Origin: Bacteroidales bacterium
GTDB taxonomy: Bacteria; Bacteroidota; Bacteroidia; Bacteroidales; UBA3824
DNA: 64,000 bases
Direction of reading: 5' to 3'
Assembly (NCBI GenBank): GCA_024401025.1
Contig: JAKSLV010000002.1
Coordinates: 43-64,042 of the forward strand
Shown here: piece by piece, positions 27,912-36,838 of the stretch
Layout of the letters: each line of letters opens with the position of its first letter
Position numbering within the stretch: the stretch's first letter is position 1
Notes under the pieces: model-generated
What the model was told of the DNA's origin: nothing
The model's database searches: none
Seen by the model: only the letters and a program-made list of their open reading frames with translations
Position numbers and translations under genes: made by a program

Positions 27912-28394
27912 CTAAACTATTTTTCCGGCTTTCTCTGCCAGAAAGTCTTTTCTGCCTCCCCAGGCGTATCCCGCCACCAGCGGAATAGTGGCAGCCACGG
28001 CAAAAGCCACCCTTCCATTGCCATCGCTGGCCAGCAGCGCCGCCAGAATACCGGCCAGCAGCCCCACGCCAAGCCCTATGGCGCCATACAGCGACTTGTA
28101 CCATCCTTTTCTAGAGTATCCGTGCTCCTTGGCAAGATGCTGGAAAATATCGTCGAGGCCGTCCTCCAGATTACGCTTGCCGGCCTCGCCCATGGCTATA
28201 AGGTCGGGATAGGTTTCGGAAAACTGAGCCAGACGCTCCATGTTGGCCTGGCAGCGCTTGCACTGGCACGATTCGGCATCGCTTACCTTGGCAAGCGCAA
28301 GCACCGACCCAAGGTTGAAAAAGCTGTAGTCTTTCTTGTATACCTTGGTTCTGTTGTCCTCCAGATTCCTGGATATAGTGTCTACTGATGTCAT
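27912..28394 (-). CDS. Hypothetical membrane protein with Gly-zipper C-terminus
   Basis: ORF with a CQCKRCQ motif and C-terminal hydrophobic Gly-rich segments (GAIGLGVGLLAGILAALLA..., AFAVAATIPLVAGYAWG). The start is uncertain (28424 or 28394). Confidence 0.5.
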   Translation of the reverse strand: MTSVDTISRNLEDNRTKVYKKDYSFFNLGSVLALAKVSDAESCQCKRCQANMERLAQFSETYPDLIAMGEAGKRNLEDGLDDIFQHLAKEHGYSRKGWYKSLYGAIGLGVGLLAGILAALLASDGNGRVAFAVAATIPLVAGYAWGGRKDFLAEKAGKIV

Positions 28395-28559
28395 TGCTAT
28401 TTTATTAAACAAATTATAAACCAAACCGCCCCGGTTTGGAAATATATTTTACAAAAAAAACTAAAAGAAAAATGCGGCACAATGCTGATACTATTGGCAG
28501 TTTTTGCTTACCTTTGTGGTAGATATATACTGATACTAACCCAAATCAGCAAAACAAAC

Positions 28560-29330
28560 ATGAACGCCACTTTCATGGGCACGGGCACATCGCTCGGAGT
28601 CCCCATAATAGGCTGCGACTGCGCCACCTGCACATCAGACAATCCCCGCGACAAGCGCACACGCAGCTCCATGCACATAGAGACGCAGGGCATCAGCATA
28701 ATAATAGACACCGGCCCCGACTTCAGGACTCAGTGCCTGGCCAACAACGTGGACCGCGTGGATGCCGTGCTAATAACCCATCCTCACCGCGACCATCTGG
28801 CCGGGCTGGACGACATACGCCCCTTCTGCTACAAGCAGCAGGGCGAGATACCCGTGTACGCCTCGGCAATGTCGTGCGAGGCCATACGCCGCGATTTCGC
28901 CTACTGTTTCCAGGAGCCCAAATATCCGGGAGTGCCCGACATCAGCCTGCGCGAGATAAAATACATGGAGCCGTTCCAGATAGGCGGCATCAGCATACTG
29001 CCCATACCCGTGATGCACGGCAAGATGGAGATAGCGGCCTACAGGATAGGCGGTTTCACCTACGTTACCGATGCCAACAGCATATCGCCGCAATCGATGG
29101 ACGCCATACGCGGCACCGAGTATCTTGTGATAAACTCGCTGAGCACCAGGCAGCACCACTCGCATTTCTCGCTGGAGGAGGCTCTGGAGGTGGTGGAGCT
29201 GATACAGCCCCGAACAGCCTGGCTTACGCACGTGGGCCACTCGCTGGGCCGCTACAACGACACCGAGCCCACCCTGCCCAAAAACGTGCACCTGTCGTAC
29301 GACGGCCTCAGGCTGGAGCTTCCGTTATAG
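28560..29330 (+). CDS. MBL-fold metallo-hydrolase (PhnP-like)
   Basis: MNATFMGTGTSLGVP, CxC..C cluster GCDCATC, and H-x-H-x-D-H motif THPHRDH. Start moved to ATG 28560. Confidence 0.8.
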   Translation: MNATFMGTGTSLGVPIIGCDCATCTSDNPRDKRTRSSMHIETQGISIIIDTGPDFRTQCLANNVDRVDAVLITHPHRDHLAGLDDIRPFCYKQQGEIPVYASAMSCEAIRRDFAYCFQEPKYPGVPDISLREIKYMEPFQIGGISILPIPVMHGKMEIAAYRIGGFTYVTDANSISPQSMDAIRGTEYLVINSLSTRQHHSHFSLEEALEVVELIQPRTAWLTHVGHSLGRYNDTEPTLPKNVHLSYDGLRLELPL

Positions 29331-29352
29331 GGCGGCATCAGGGTGCTGAGGC

Positions 29353-29883
29353 TTACTTTACCATGTACGAGATAACGCGGAGGCCATCGTCCTTGGCCAG
29401 CAGCACGGCGCGCATGGTCTTGTATTTCTCTGGCTCCGAGCCCTCGGCACGGTTGTAGACATCCACATCGTAGAGAATTGTATCGGCCTTCTGGGCTATC
29501 TTGGTGGCCTTGGAGAACGGTGCCAGGCCTGCATCCATAGGCATGATAACGTACTTGCCGTCCTTGGTGTAGTCCACATCGTTCGACGATTCGTCGTTTG
29601 CTATCGGATAATTGAAATACTTGTCGCTCATGGCATGAACCTTGTCGGCTGAAACTGCCAGATCGCTGCCCTGCTTCTCGAAAACATCAGGGCTCTCGAT
29701 AAGCAGACGCTTTACGGCGAAATCTATCTTTATGAAATCGTCAGGATTAGGACCTGCAAAATCGCCTACATACACCTCGGAAAGGTCAGAGAGGAATTTG
29801 TTGACATCGTTGATATCGACCTCCTTGCTGGAGCAGCCGCTGAGAGCGAGGGCCATTGCGGCCCCGTATATAATCTTCTTCAT
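29353..29883 (-). CDS. Hypothetical lipoprotein
   Basis: Lipobox LALSGCSS; 176 aa; no family recognised. Confidence 0.6.
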   Translation of the reverse strand: MKKIIYGAAMALALSGCSSKEVDINDVNKFLSDLSEVYVGDFAGPNPDDFIKIDFAVKRLLIESPDVFEKQGSDLAVSADKVHAMSDKYFNYPIANDESSNDVDYTKDGKYVIMPMDAGLAPFSKATKIAQKADTILYDVDVYNRAEGSEPEKYKTMRAVLLAKDDGLRVISYMVK

Positions 29884-30055
29884 ATTATTAATGGTTCATT
29901 ATATTGTTTCTGAATTACAAAACTAGTTAATTTTTCAGAAAAAAAACATCAAAATGCGCACTTTTTGCAAAAAAAATTTGGTAGTATCAGAAATAATATC
30001 TTACTTTGTTGCGTAAAAATAACACAAATACTAATTATAAAACACAAAACGCATT

Positions 30056-31216
30056 ATGATAATACAGCACATTACCGACAACGACCTCTACAAGTTCACG
30101 ATGCAGAACGCGGTAATCAACAAGTATCCGCTCAGCAAGGTGAAATACAAGTTCATAAACCGCGGCACGGAAAACTTCCCCGAGGGTTTTGCCCTGAAGC
30201 TGCAGGCCGAGGTGGACGCCATGAGCAATCTCAGCCTCACCGACGAGGAATACGAGTACCTTAGGAAAAGGTGCTACTACCTGCCTCCCACCTACCTGGA
30301 TTTTCTGAGAGGCTACCGCTACAACCCCAGCGAGGTAATCATCAATCAGGAGGGCGGACGCCTGAGCGTAACGATAGAGGGCTACTGGTATCGCACCATT
30401 CTCTGGGAAGTGCCTCTGATGGCCATCATCAGCGAGCTGTATTTCCAGGAGACAGGCCAGACGATTCCATCTCAGGAGCAGGCCGACCGAAGCACTGTGG
30501 CCAAATGCGAGAAGTATCAGCAACTTGGAGTAAAGATAGCCGAGTTTGGCACACGCCGCCGCTACAGCTACGCCAACCACGAGAGGGTGGTATCTATACT
30601 GAACAACTACGCGCCTGATACATTCGTGGGCACCAGCAACGTGTATCTGGCTATGAAATACAACACCACGCCAATAGGCACCCACGCCCACGAGTGGTTT
30701 ATGTTCCACGCAGCGCAGTACGGTGTAAAATACGCCAACCGCTCTGCCCTCGACAACTGGGTAAACGTATACCGCGGCGACCTCGGCATAGCGCTCTCCG
30801 ACACCTACACCACAGAGGTTTTCTTCCGCGATTTCGACACACTGTTTGCCAAGCTCTTCGACGGAGTGCGCCACGACAGCGGCGACCCGATAGAGTTTGC
30901 ACAGAAAACCATCAACCACTACAAAAGCCTCAGGATTAATCCACTTAGCAAGACCATCGTATTCAGCGACGCGCTCAATCCCGAGCTGGTGGAAAAGATT
31001 GCTGAATTCAGCAAGGGCAAGATAGGCATGAGCTTCGGCATAGGCACCAACTTCACCAACGATGTAGGCGTAAAACCGCTCAACATGGTGATAAAGCTCT
31101 CTCACGTGCTCACCAACGGCCAGTGGACCGAGGTGGTGAAGCTATCAGACAACCCGATAAAGCACACCGGAAACGCCGAGATTGTAGGCAGGATAAAGGC
31201 TGAGCTGGGGATTTAG
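30056..31216 (+). CDS. pncB: Nicotinate phosphoribosyltransferase
   Basis: TDLYKFTMQ N-terminal motif, EFGTRRR, and GTSN...HEW are characteristic of PncB. Confidence 0.9.
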   Translation: MIIQHITDNDLYKFTMQNAVINKYPLSKVKYKFINRGTENFPEGFALKLQAEVDAMSNLSLTDEEYEYLRKRCYYLPPTYLDFLRGYRYNPSEVIINQEGGRLSVTIEGYWYRTILWEVPLMAIISELYFQETGQTIPSQEQADRSTVAKCEKYQQLGVKIAEFGTRRRYSYANHERVVSILNNYAPDTFVGTSNVYLAMKYNTTPIGTHAHEWFMFHAAQYGVKYANRSALDNWVNVYRGDLGIALSDTYTTEVFFRDFDTLFAKLFDGVRHDSGDPIEFAQKTINHYKSLRINPLSKTIVFSDALNPELVEKIAEFSKGKIGMSFGIGTNFTNDVGVKPLNMVIKLSHVLTNGQWTEVVKLSDNPIKHTGNAEIVGRIKAELGI

Positions 31217-31265
31217 ATTAGAGATTAGAGATTAGAGATTAGAGATTAGAGTTTAGAGTTTAGAG
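31217..31265 (+). repeat. Heptamer tandem array (ATTAGAG x5, TTTAGAG x2) directly after the pncB stop
   Basis: Seven contiguous 7-nt units counted base by base. The pncB stop TAG (31214-16) lies in a degenerate eighth unit, GATTTAG. TAG recurs every 7 nt and so falls in all three frames. Confidence 0.95.
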
Positions 31266-31310
31266 AACTCGTAGAGACGCACGGACGTGCGTGTCATATA
31301 GATTAAAACA

Positions 31311-31352
31311 AAAAACCGCATCTGCTGAGATTTTTCAGCGGATGCGGTTTTA
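31311..31352. terminator. Bidirectional terminator between pncB and the convergent lipoprotein gene
   Basis: AAAAACCGCATCTGCTGA-gattt-TTCAGCGGATGCGGTTTTA: a 13-bp stem with one G-U pair, flanked by A- and T-runs. Confidence 0.7.
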
Positions 31353-31379
31353 TTATTTGATGCGGTCTGCTAGAGGCTG

Positions 31380-33107
31380 TTAGTTGAGCTCGGCATCAGA
31401 GATTACTATCACGATGTCCTTGAGCGCATCGAGAACGCTCACGTTTACACGGCTGTATGGTTTGTATACGTTGTCATCTGCATCCTTCATAACGCACTCT
31501 GGAACAAACCACTTGTCGTAGTCGATGTAGTCCCTGGCATTAAGAACCTCGATGTAGTAGGTATTGTCGGAATACTCAGATACCAGAGGCTTGCCGTCCT
31601 TGAGTACGGGATCGCCGTTGGGGTATACGTAGCTAACGTTGTACTTCTTGTACCATCTGGCGTAGAGGTTGATGTCGGCGGTAGGGTTGGAAATTACAGA
31701 AATCTTGTTTCCGGAGAACTCAGGATTGTCGTAATAGCCGCCAAAATCGTAATCCTCGCGTACTGGATAGCTGATTACAGAGCCAAGGTCGATTGTCTGA
31801 TTGAAGAGACAGGTGGTTTTCTTGGTAAGGTAGTCGTCGCCGAAAGTTCCGCCGTTGGCATCAGCAACAATGGTGTACTGATACGGCTCGTAAACAGCAT
31901 CCACCACGGTGTTGCCGATAGGCTTGATGGTTTCGCCCACGCTTATAACCTTTCCGTTGAAAAGCCAGCCCTTGAACTTGTAGCCCTCTCTCTCGGGAGC
32001 GGCCTCAAGAACGAAAGTCTCGCCGTTGTCGAAGAGAACGTGCTTCTGAATCTTCTCGCCGTCTATCTTGTATACAAGCACCAGCTTGTTTGACCACTCG
32101 GCGGTGAAGCTCAACTCGTCGGTACCCATCTTGTAGAGCGAGCCCTCAGGATAGATAGTGCCGTTGGCATCCTTCCAGCCCACGAAATTAAAGCCGGGAT
32201 TCACAATGCCGTTGCTGCCGGGAATCACAAACTCGGTGTTCTCCGATACCATGAGGCTTGGCATCGAGCTTCCGCCCACACCAATGTTGAACCAGGCCAA
32301 ATGTCCGTCGGCCACCGACAGAAGAGCCACGTGAGAGCGCTCAAGATTTACGTTCCAATATTGTGTGTAGAAAGAGCTGCCATCCTTGCGGTAGAATTTC
32401 ACAGTGATGTTGGCATCAGATACAGGCGCAACAGCCACCAACGACGACGAAGGATTGTTGATGGTGATCTTGTTGGCTGTGCCCGACGATACCACGGGAT
32501 CCTTTGAGGAACTTACCTCCACTGTTACCTTGCCGGCGATGCTCTTGTTTGCCTCCACCTCTATCTTCTTGTACTGCTGAATGTTGCCATCAATCCAGAG
32601 CAGCGAGCAAGCGTTCTTGAAATTCAGAGTAGGAGATTTCTTCGAAGCCTGAGCCACGCTTATGATGCCGGGAGCGTAGTTGGAATACTGCGATCCATCC
32701 ACCTCTGTGGCAATAGTGGCGGTAATGATGTTGCCGCTGATGCTTGCGTCGTCCTGTCCGGGGAACAAGGCGTAATAGGTATCGCCGCCCACCTTTCCAG
32801 CAAAACTTGTCTTGCCATCCACCAGGCCAACGTAGTCGAGGCGGTACTTTGATGAAGACGAGAATACCGAAACCCAGTCGTTGGCAGTGAAAGAAAACAG
32901 CATGTTCTCCTTGTCGTCCATCTGGAGCGAAGCCTTCTGAAGCCTGTTGGAGGCGTTCTCCATAGTGGCTGCGAAAACCATGTCCTCAAGATTGCTGCTG
33001 ATGCCTGATACTGCCTCGGGCTCGTATATATCATTGTCGTTGCTGCATGACGCTACCGAAAGAGAAGCTGCCAACAGCATTGCGTATTGTGCTAACTTGT
33101 TTTTCAT
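31380..33107 (-). CDS. Surface lipoprotein with Listeria-Bacteroides (InlB B / Flg_new) repeats
   Basis: Lipobox LSVASCSN. C-terminal repeats carry the signature GY.F.GW...... (FNFVGWKDANGTIY, GYKFKGWLFNGK, DYDFGGYYDNPEFSG ...NLYARW). Confidence 0.75.
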   Translation of the reverse strand: MKNKLAQYAMLLAASLSVASCSNDNDIYEPEAVSGISSNLEDMVFAATMENASNRLQKASLQMDDKENMLFSFTANDWVSVFSSSSKYRLDYVGLVDGKTSFAGKVGGDTYYALFPGQDDASISGNIITATIATEVDGSQYSNYAPGIISVAQASKKSPTLNFKNACSLLWIDGNIQQYKKIEVEANKSIAGKVTVEVSSSKDPVVSSGTANKITINNPSSSLVAVAPVSDANITVKFYRKDGSSFYTQYWNVNLERSHVALLSVADGHLAWFNIGVGGSSMPSLMVSENTEFVIPGSNGIVNPGFNFVGWKDANGTIYPEGSLYKMGTDELSFTAEWSNKLVLVYKIDGEKIQKHVLFDNGETFVLEAAPEREGYKFKGWLFNGKVISVGETIKPIGNTVVDAVYEPYQYTIVADANGGTFGDDYLTKKTTCLFNQTIDLGSVISYPVREDYDFGGYYDNPEFSGNKISVISNPTADINLYARWYKKYNVSYVYPNGDPVLKDGKPLVSEYSDNTYYIEVLNARDYIDYDKWFVPECVMKDADDNVYKPYSRVNVSVLDALKDIVIVISDAELN

Positions 33108-33128
33108 TGTTGGAAAAATATTAATAGA

Positions 33129-34247
33129 TTAATACTTGTTGATAATCCACGACTCCATCTGAGCGCCCGACTTGTTGATGAGAATAGGCTCGAAAGTACG
33201 TGCCTTAAGCTCGTCGAAAACATCAGTAAGCTTGTACTCCTTCTTGGAATCCACATCACGCCAGCCCACATGAGAGTAGCCCTCGTAATCACCGGTAAGC
33301 ATTATGTCGAACACGGCCACGCCATTTGCGATATCCTTTGCAGAGAAAGGCTGCTCGGTCTTGAAGGTGCTGCCATAATGAGAGAGGAATGTGTATACAT
33401 ATTTCTGAGACTTCCATACGGCATACAGAGTAACCGACTTGTTGTTGGTCTGAACCTTGTCGCCAGCCTTGTAATCGGCCGAGCGCGAATCGCGGTCGAG
33501 CGACCAGCCTAAGAAGTCGTAGCCATCCCAAGCAAGCGAAGCCGAAGGCACTGTGGCCAATCCATCAACAAACTTGAAAGCATCAGGCACCTTGCCGGAA
33601 TAACCATTGCCATCGAAGATAAGCTTTGGCTCAAATGTCCAGATTGCCTGAAGTGTGATATCAGCCTTCACCACAATGGACTCGCCAGCCTTGTATGACT
33701 TGCCGGCAGCATCCTTCCAGCCATCGAAACGGTAGTCAGGCTTGTCTACCTTTGGACCTGCTGAGAGCTTTACAGACTCACCGTCCTTAACATTCTGAGA
33801 GGCGTCGCCATCCACGATACCGCCATCCACATCATATTTTACTACAAAAGTCTTGGTATCTGGAGTATCTGTGCCGCCGGGATTGTCGGTGTTGCCACCG
33901 GGATTGTCGGTGTTGCCGCCAGGATTATCTCCTGTGTTGCCACCGGGATTGTCGGTGTTGCCGCCAGGATTATTTCCAGTATTGCCGCCGGGATTGTTGC
34001 CGGTGTTGCCACCGGGATTGTTGCCAGTATTGCCACCGGGATTGTTGCCGGTATTGCCACCGGGATTGTTGCCAGTATTGCCACCGGGATTGTTGCCGCC
34101 GGTATTGCCACTATCATTTTTGTTAGGGTCGGTTTGGTCGTTGGGAGTTTTCTCGGGAGATGGGCTGTCCTTCTTGCATGACATCAGCAAAAGGCCACAG
34201 GCCATCAGCATCAAACCGATTCTCAAAAAATTTTTTATTTTCATCAT
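33129..34247 (-). CDS. Lipoprotein with Gly/Asn/Pro octapeptide linker and Listeria-Bacteroides repeats
   Basis: Lipobox LLLMSCKKD, an NPGGNTGN-type repeat block, then two Flg_new-like repeats (DYRFDGWKDAAGKSY...LQAIW; GYDFLGWSLDRDS...LYAVW). Start at ATG 34247 or 34244. Confidence 0.75.
   Translation of the reverse strand: MMKIKNFLRIGLMLMACGLLLMSCKKDSPSPEKTPNDQTDPNKNDSGNTGGNNPGGNTGNNPGGNTGNNPGGNTGNNPGGNTGNNPGGNTGNNPGGNTDNPGGNTGDNPGGNTDNPGGNTDNPGGTDTPDTKTFVVKYDVDGGIVDGDASQNVKDGESVKLSAGPKVDKPDYRFDGWKDAAGKSYKAGESIVVKADITLQAIWTFEPKLIFDGNGYSGKVPDAFKFVDGLATVPSASLAWDGYDFLGWSLDRDSRSADYKAGDKVQTNNKSVTLYAVWKSQKYVYTFLSHYGSTFKTEQPFSAKDIANGVAVFDIMLTGDYEGYSHVGWRDVDSKKEYKLTDVFDELKARTFEPILINKSGAQMESWIINKY
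33870..34112 (-). repeat. In-frame 24-nt (and 21-nt) tandem repeats encoding (NPGGNTGN)n / (NPGGNTD)n
   Basis: The protein reads GGNNPGGNTGNNPGGNTGNNPGGNTGNNPGGNTGNNPGGNTGNNPGGNTDNPGGNTGDNPGGNTDNPGGNTDNPGG. The DNA shows the matching ggattgttgccNgtNttgccacc periodicity. Confidence 0.9.
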
Positions 34248-34357
34248 TGAGAAAAAGATTAAATTTGTAATATTGAAATTAATAATTCCCAAAGCAACAA
34301 AATAACTGTCAAATGAGCAAAAATGGACAGTTAATATATGTTAAAATAGGGGAATAT

Positions 34358-34394
34358 AAAAAAATAGGGATGCATTCGGAGAATACATCCCTAT
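34358..34394 (-). terminator. Rho-independent terminator after tsf
   Basis: Minus strand: TAGGGATGTATTC-tccg-GAATGCATCCCTA followed by TTTTTTT. Confidence 0.7.
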
Positions 34395-34424
34395 TATATA
34401 ATAAATAGTGTGAACAATCAAAAA

Positions 34425-35414
34425 TTAGTCACCGAGAGCGCAGCGCTTGAAGTCTACAACTGTAAGACCCTTGGCAGCCTGATCGAGGTACTGACGGATA
34501 GTAAGCTTGTTGTCCTGCTCGTACTTCTGGTTGAGAAGTGTGTACTCCTCGTAGAACTTGTTGATACGGCCCTTGGCGATGTTCTCTACCATCTGCTCAG
34601 GAACTACAGTATTGGCAGCAACCTCAGCCTTGATCTTCTTGGCGAGCTCGCCCTGCTCCTCTGTAATCCAACCCTTAGTGATGTTGGAAGCGATGTGGTC
34701 GTCAGAGTCAACGTGAGCTGGGTTGATGCCTTCCTTCTTGAGGGCAACCTCTACCTTCTTCTGGATCTGCTCCTGTACAGTCTTCTCCTTGGCAACCTCC
34801 ATCTCCTTCTGGATGGTCTCGGCTGGAATACCGTCCTTGTCAACGGCTACTGGAGCCATAGCGGCAACCTGCATAGCAACGTTCTTTGCAACCTGAGTGT
34901 CGATAGCCTGGTTGTAGGCAACGATAGCTGTAAGCTTAGAGTTCATGTGGTTGTAAACACAAGCAGCCTCGCCGGCAACCTTGCCGTAGTAGCTTATCTC
35001 TATCTTCTCACCGATAACGCCGGTCTGGTTAGAAACCTCGTCCTGGATAGTGCCAGGGCCGTAAGGAAGAGCCTTAACAGCCTCAAGGTCGGCAGCATCA
35101 GCAGCGATAGCGGCAGCGAGAATATCATTTGTGAACTTTACGAAGTCGGCGTTCTTTGCTACGAAGTCGGTCTCGCAGTTGAGAGCTACCACGTAAGCCT
35201 TCTTGCCGTCGGCGCTAACAGCACCGGCAACACAACCTTCCTTAGCCTCACGGTCGGCACGCTTGGCGGCAACCTTCTGGCCCTTCTTTCTAAGAATATC
35301 AATAGCAGCATCAAAGTCGCCGTTGGTCTCTGCCAAAGCCTTCTTGCAGTCCATCATACCGGCGCCAGTCATCTGGCGAAGCTTCATAACCTCGCTTGCT
35401 TTTATTTCAGCCAT
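34425..35414 (-). CDS. tsf: Translation elongation factor Ts
   Basis: MAEIKASEVMKLRQMTGAGMMDCKKALAETNGDFDAAIDILRKKG is the canonical EF-Ts UBA-like N-terminus; 329 aa. Confidence 0.95.
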   Translation of the reverse strand: MAEIKASEVMKLRQMTGAGMMDCKKALAETNGDFDAAIDILRKKGQKVAAKRADREAKEGCVAGAVSADGKKAYVVALNCETDFVAKNADFVKFTNDILAAAIAADAADLEAVKALPYGPGTIQDEVSNQTGVIGEKIEISYYGKVAGEAACVYNHMNSKLTAIVAYNQAIDTQVAKNVAMQVAAMAPVAVDKDGIPAETIQKEMEVAKEKTVQEQIQKKVEVALKKEGINPAHVDSDDHIASNITKGWITEEQGELAKKIKAEVAANTVVPEQMVENIAKGRINKFYEEYTLLNQKYEQDNKLTIRQYLDQAAKGLTVVDFKRCALGD

Positions 35415-35443
35415 TTTATATCAATATTTTTAAGTATGTTAAT

Positions 35444-35488
35444 AAAAAAGTGCTTCCTTTCTTATAATGCAAAAGGAAGGAAGCACTT
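35444..35488 (-). terminator. Hairpin with U-run between rpsB and tsf (attenuator or partial terminator)
   Basis: Minus strand: AGTGCTTCCTTCCTT-loop-AAGAAAGGAAGCACT followed by TTTTTT. A 15-bp stem with one G-U pair, inside an operon. Confidence 0.55.
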
Positions 35489-35547
35489 ATATTGAAATCA
35501 AAAACGATCAGTTTTTATTTACTGAAGTGGCATCACCACAGAGCCGA

Positions 35548-36339
35548 TTACTCAGCAGCCTGCTCGGCAGCACCGTCAGCCTTGCGGGCGCGGGTCTTGC
35601 GAGGCTTGTTGTGGTTTACAGAAGCCTTAGCGTCCTTGTTGTCGGTGTCCTTATCGGTCTTTCTCTCGGCAACACCCTCAGCGATAGCCTTGGTGATAAC
35701 ATCGAGAACGATAGCGATAGAGTTTGCAGCGTCGTCGTTTGCAGGGATTACGAAATCAACATCGTTAGGGTTAGAGTTAGTATCAACCATACCGAAAACA
35801 GGGATGTGAAGTCTGTGAGCCTCCTTAACGGCGATGTGCTCCTTGGCAACATCGATAACGAAGAGAGCAGCAGGAGTCTTAGCCATATCGGCGATAGAGC
35901 CAAGGTTCTTCTTGAGCTTGTCGTACTGACGGTTGATCTGCAACTGCTCGCGCTTAGAGAGCTGAGCCATTGTGCCGTCGGCCTCCATCTTCTCGATAGA
36001 AGTGAGCTTCTTAACAGCCTTTCTTACAGTAGGGAAGTTGGTGAGCATACCGCCGCTCCAACGCTCTGTAACGTAAGGCATGTTTACTGCCTGTACCTTC
36101 TCTGCAACGATCTCCTTAGCCTGCTTCTTAGTAGCAACGAAGAGAATCTTGCGACCCGATTTAGCTATCTGCTTGATAGCAGCTGCTGCCTTCTCGAGCA
36201 GTTCAGCTGTCTTGTGTAAATCTATAATGTGGATTCCGCCTCTTTCCATGAAGATGTAAGGGGCCATTGCAGGATTCCATTTTTTCTTCAAGTGACCAAA
36301 ATGTACACCTGCCTCTAATAATTCGTCAAAACTTACCAT
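35548..36339 (-). CDS. rpsB: 30S ribosomal protein S2
   Basis: LLEAGVHFGHLKKKWNPAMAPYIF is a canonical S2 motif; 263 aa with a basic/Ala-rich tail. Confidence 0.95.
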   Translation of the reverse strand: MVSFDELLEAGVHFGHLKKKWNPAMAPYIFMERGGIHIIDLHKTAELLEKAAAAIKQIAKSGRKILFVATKKQAKEIVAEKVQAVNMPYVTERWSGGMLTNFPTVRKAVKKLTSIEKMEADGTMAQLSKREQLQINRQYDKLKKNLGSIADMAKTPAALFVIDVAKEHIAVKEAHRLHIPVFGMVDTNSNPNDVDFVIPANDDAANSIAIVLDVITKAIAEGVAERKTDKDTDNKDAKASVNHNKPRKTRARKADGAAEQAAE

Positions 36340-36446
36340 TTTTAATGTTTTGTTTGTTTACATTCAACGATTAATCAATCATCGGGTAGCAACAGGGCAA
36401 ATCGCATGCGCCATCGGTCCCGATAATTTGGATACTAAACAATATA

Positions 36447-36836
36447 TTAACGCTTGCTGAACTGGAAGCGCTTGCGTGCGCCTGGACGACCAGGTTTCTT
36501 ACGCTCAACGACTCTAGAGTCGCGCTTGAGGAAGCCTTCCTTCTTGAGGGCAACACGATCCTCTGAGTTGATCTCTACGAGAGCTCTGGCGATACCGAGT
36601 CTGATGGCCTCTGCCTGACCCTTGAAACCGCCACCGCAAACGTTGGCCTTAACATCGTAGTTGTTCTCGGCACCGATCTTCTCGAGAGCCTGAACTACAA
36701 CTCTCTGGAACTGAGGAACTGTGAAGTACTCCTTGTAGTCCTTACCGTTGATCTTGATATCGCCGCTACCCTGTGTGAGGTAAATGCGTGCTACGGCAGC
36801 CTTACGTCTGCCTACTGTATTTGTAACTTCTGCCAT
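36447..36836 (-). CDS. rpsI: 30S ribosomal protein S9
   Basis: GRRKAAVARIYL...GGGFKGQAEAIRLGIARAL...RKKPGRPGARKRFQFSKR is a canonical S9. Confidence 0.95.
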   Translation of the reverse strand: MAEVTNTVGRRKAAVARIYLTQGSGDIKINGKDYKEYFTVPQFQRVVVQALEKIGAENNYDVKANVCGGGFKGQAEAIRLGIARALVEINSEDRVALKKEGFLKRDSRVVERKKPGRPGARKRFQFSKR

Positions 36837-36838
36837 GA

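Noticed and set aside
30035-31105. 356-aa ORF antisense to pncB. Similar long antisense or alternate-frame ORFs occur at 45132-46544, 51624-52784, 20446-21513, 15684-16463, 39136-39747, 53432-54367, 55790-56677 and 5139-5678.
   Set aside because: Each lies fully inside a gene whose product has clear family motifs. Their translations are low-complexity (rich in R, G, A, H and V), with no recognisable motifs. These are typical shadow ORFs of GC-rich coding DNA.
31217-31265. Possibility that the heptamer arrays (also at 14746-14787 and 48589-48679) are CRISPR arrays or telomere-like repeats
   Set aside because: A period of 7 nt with no spacers is incompatible with CRISPR. The resemblance to the plant telomere heptamer TTTAGGG is superficial, and these arrays are internal chromosomal sites abutting stop codons.
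33853-34305. 150-aa ORF with PPGLSVLPPGL repeats on the plus strand
   Set aside because: It is the antisense translation of the NPGGNTGN repeat of the lipoprotein gene. It has no start context or signal, and it overlaps a well-supported gene.
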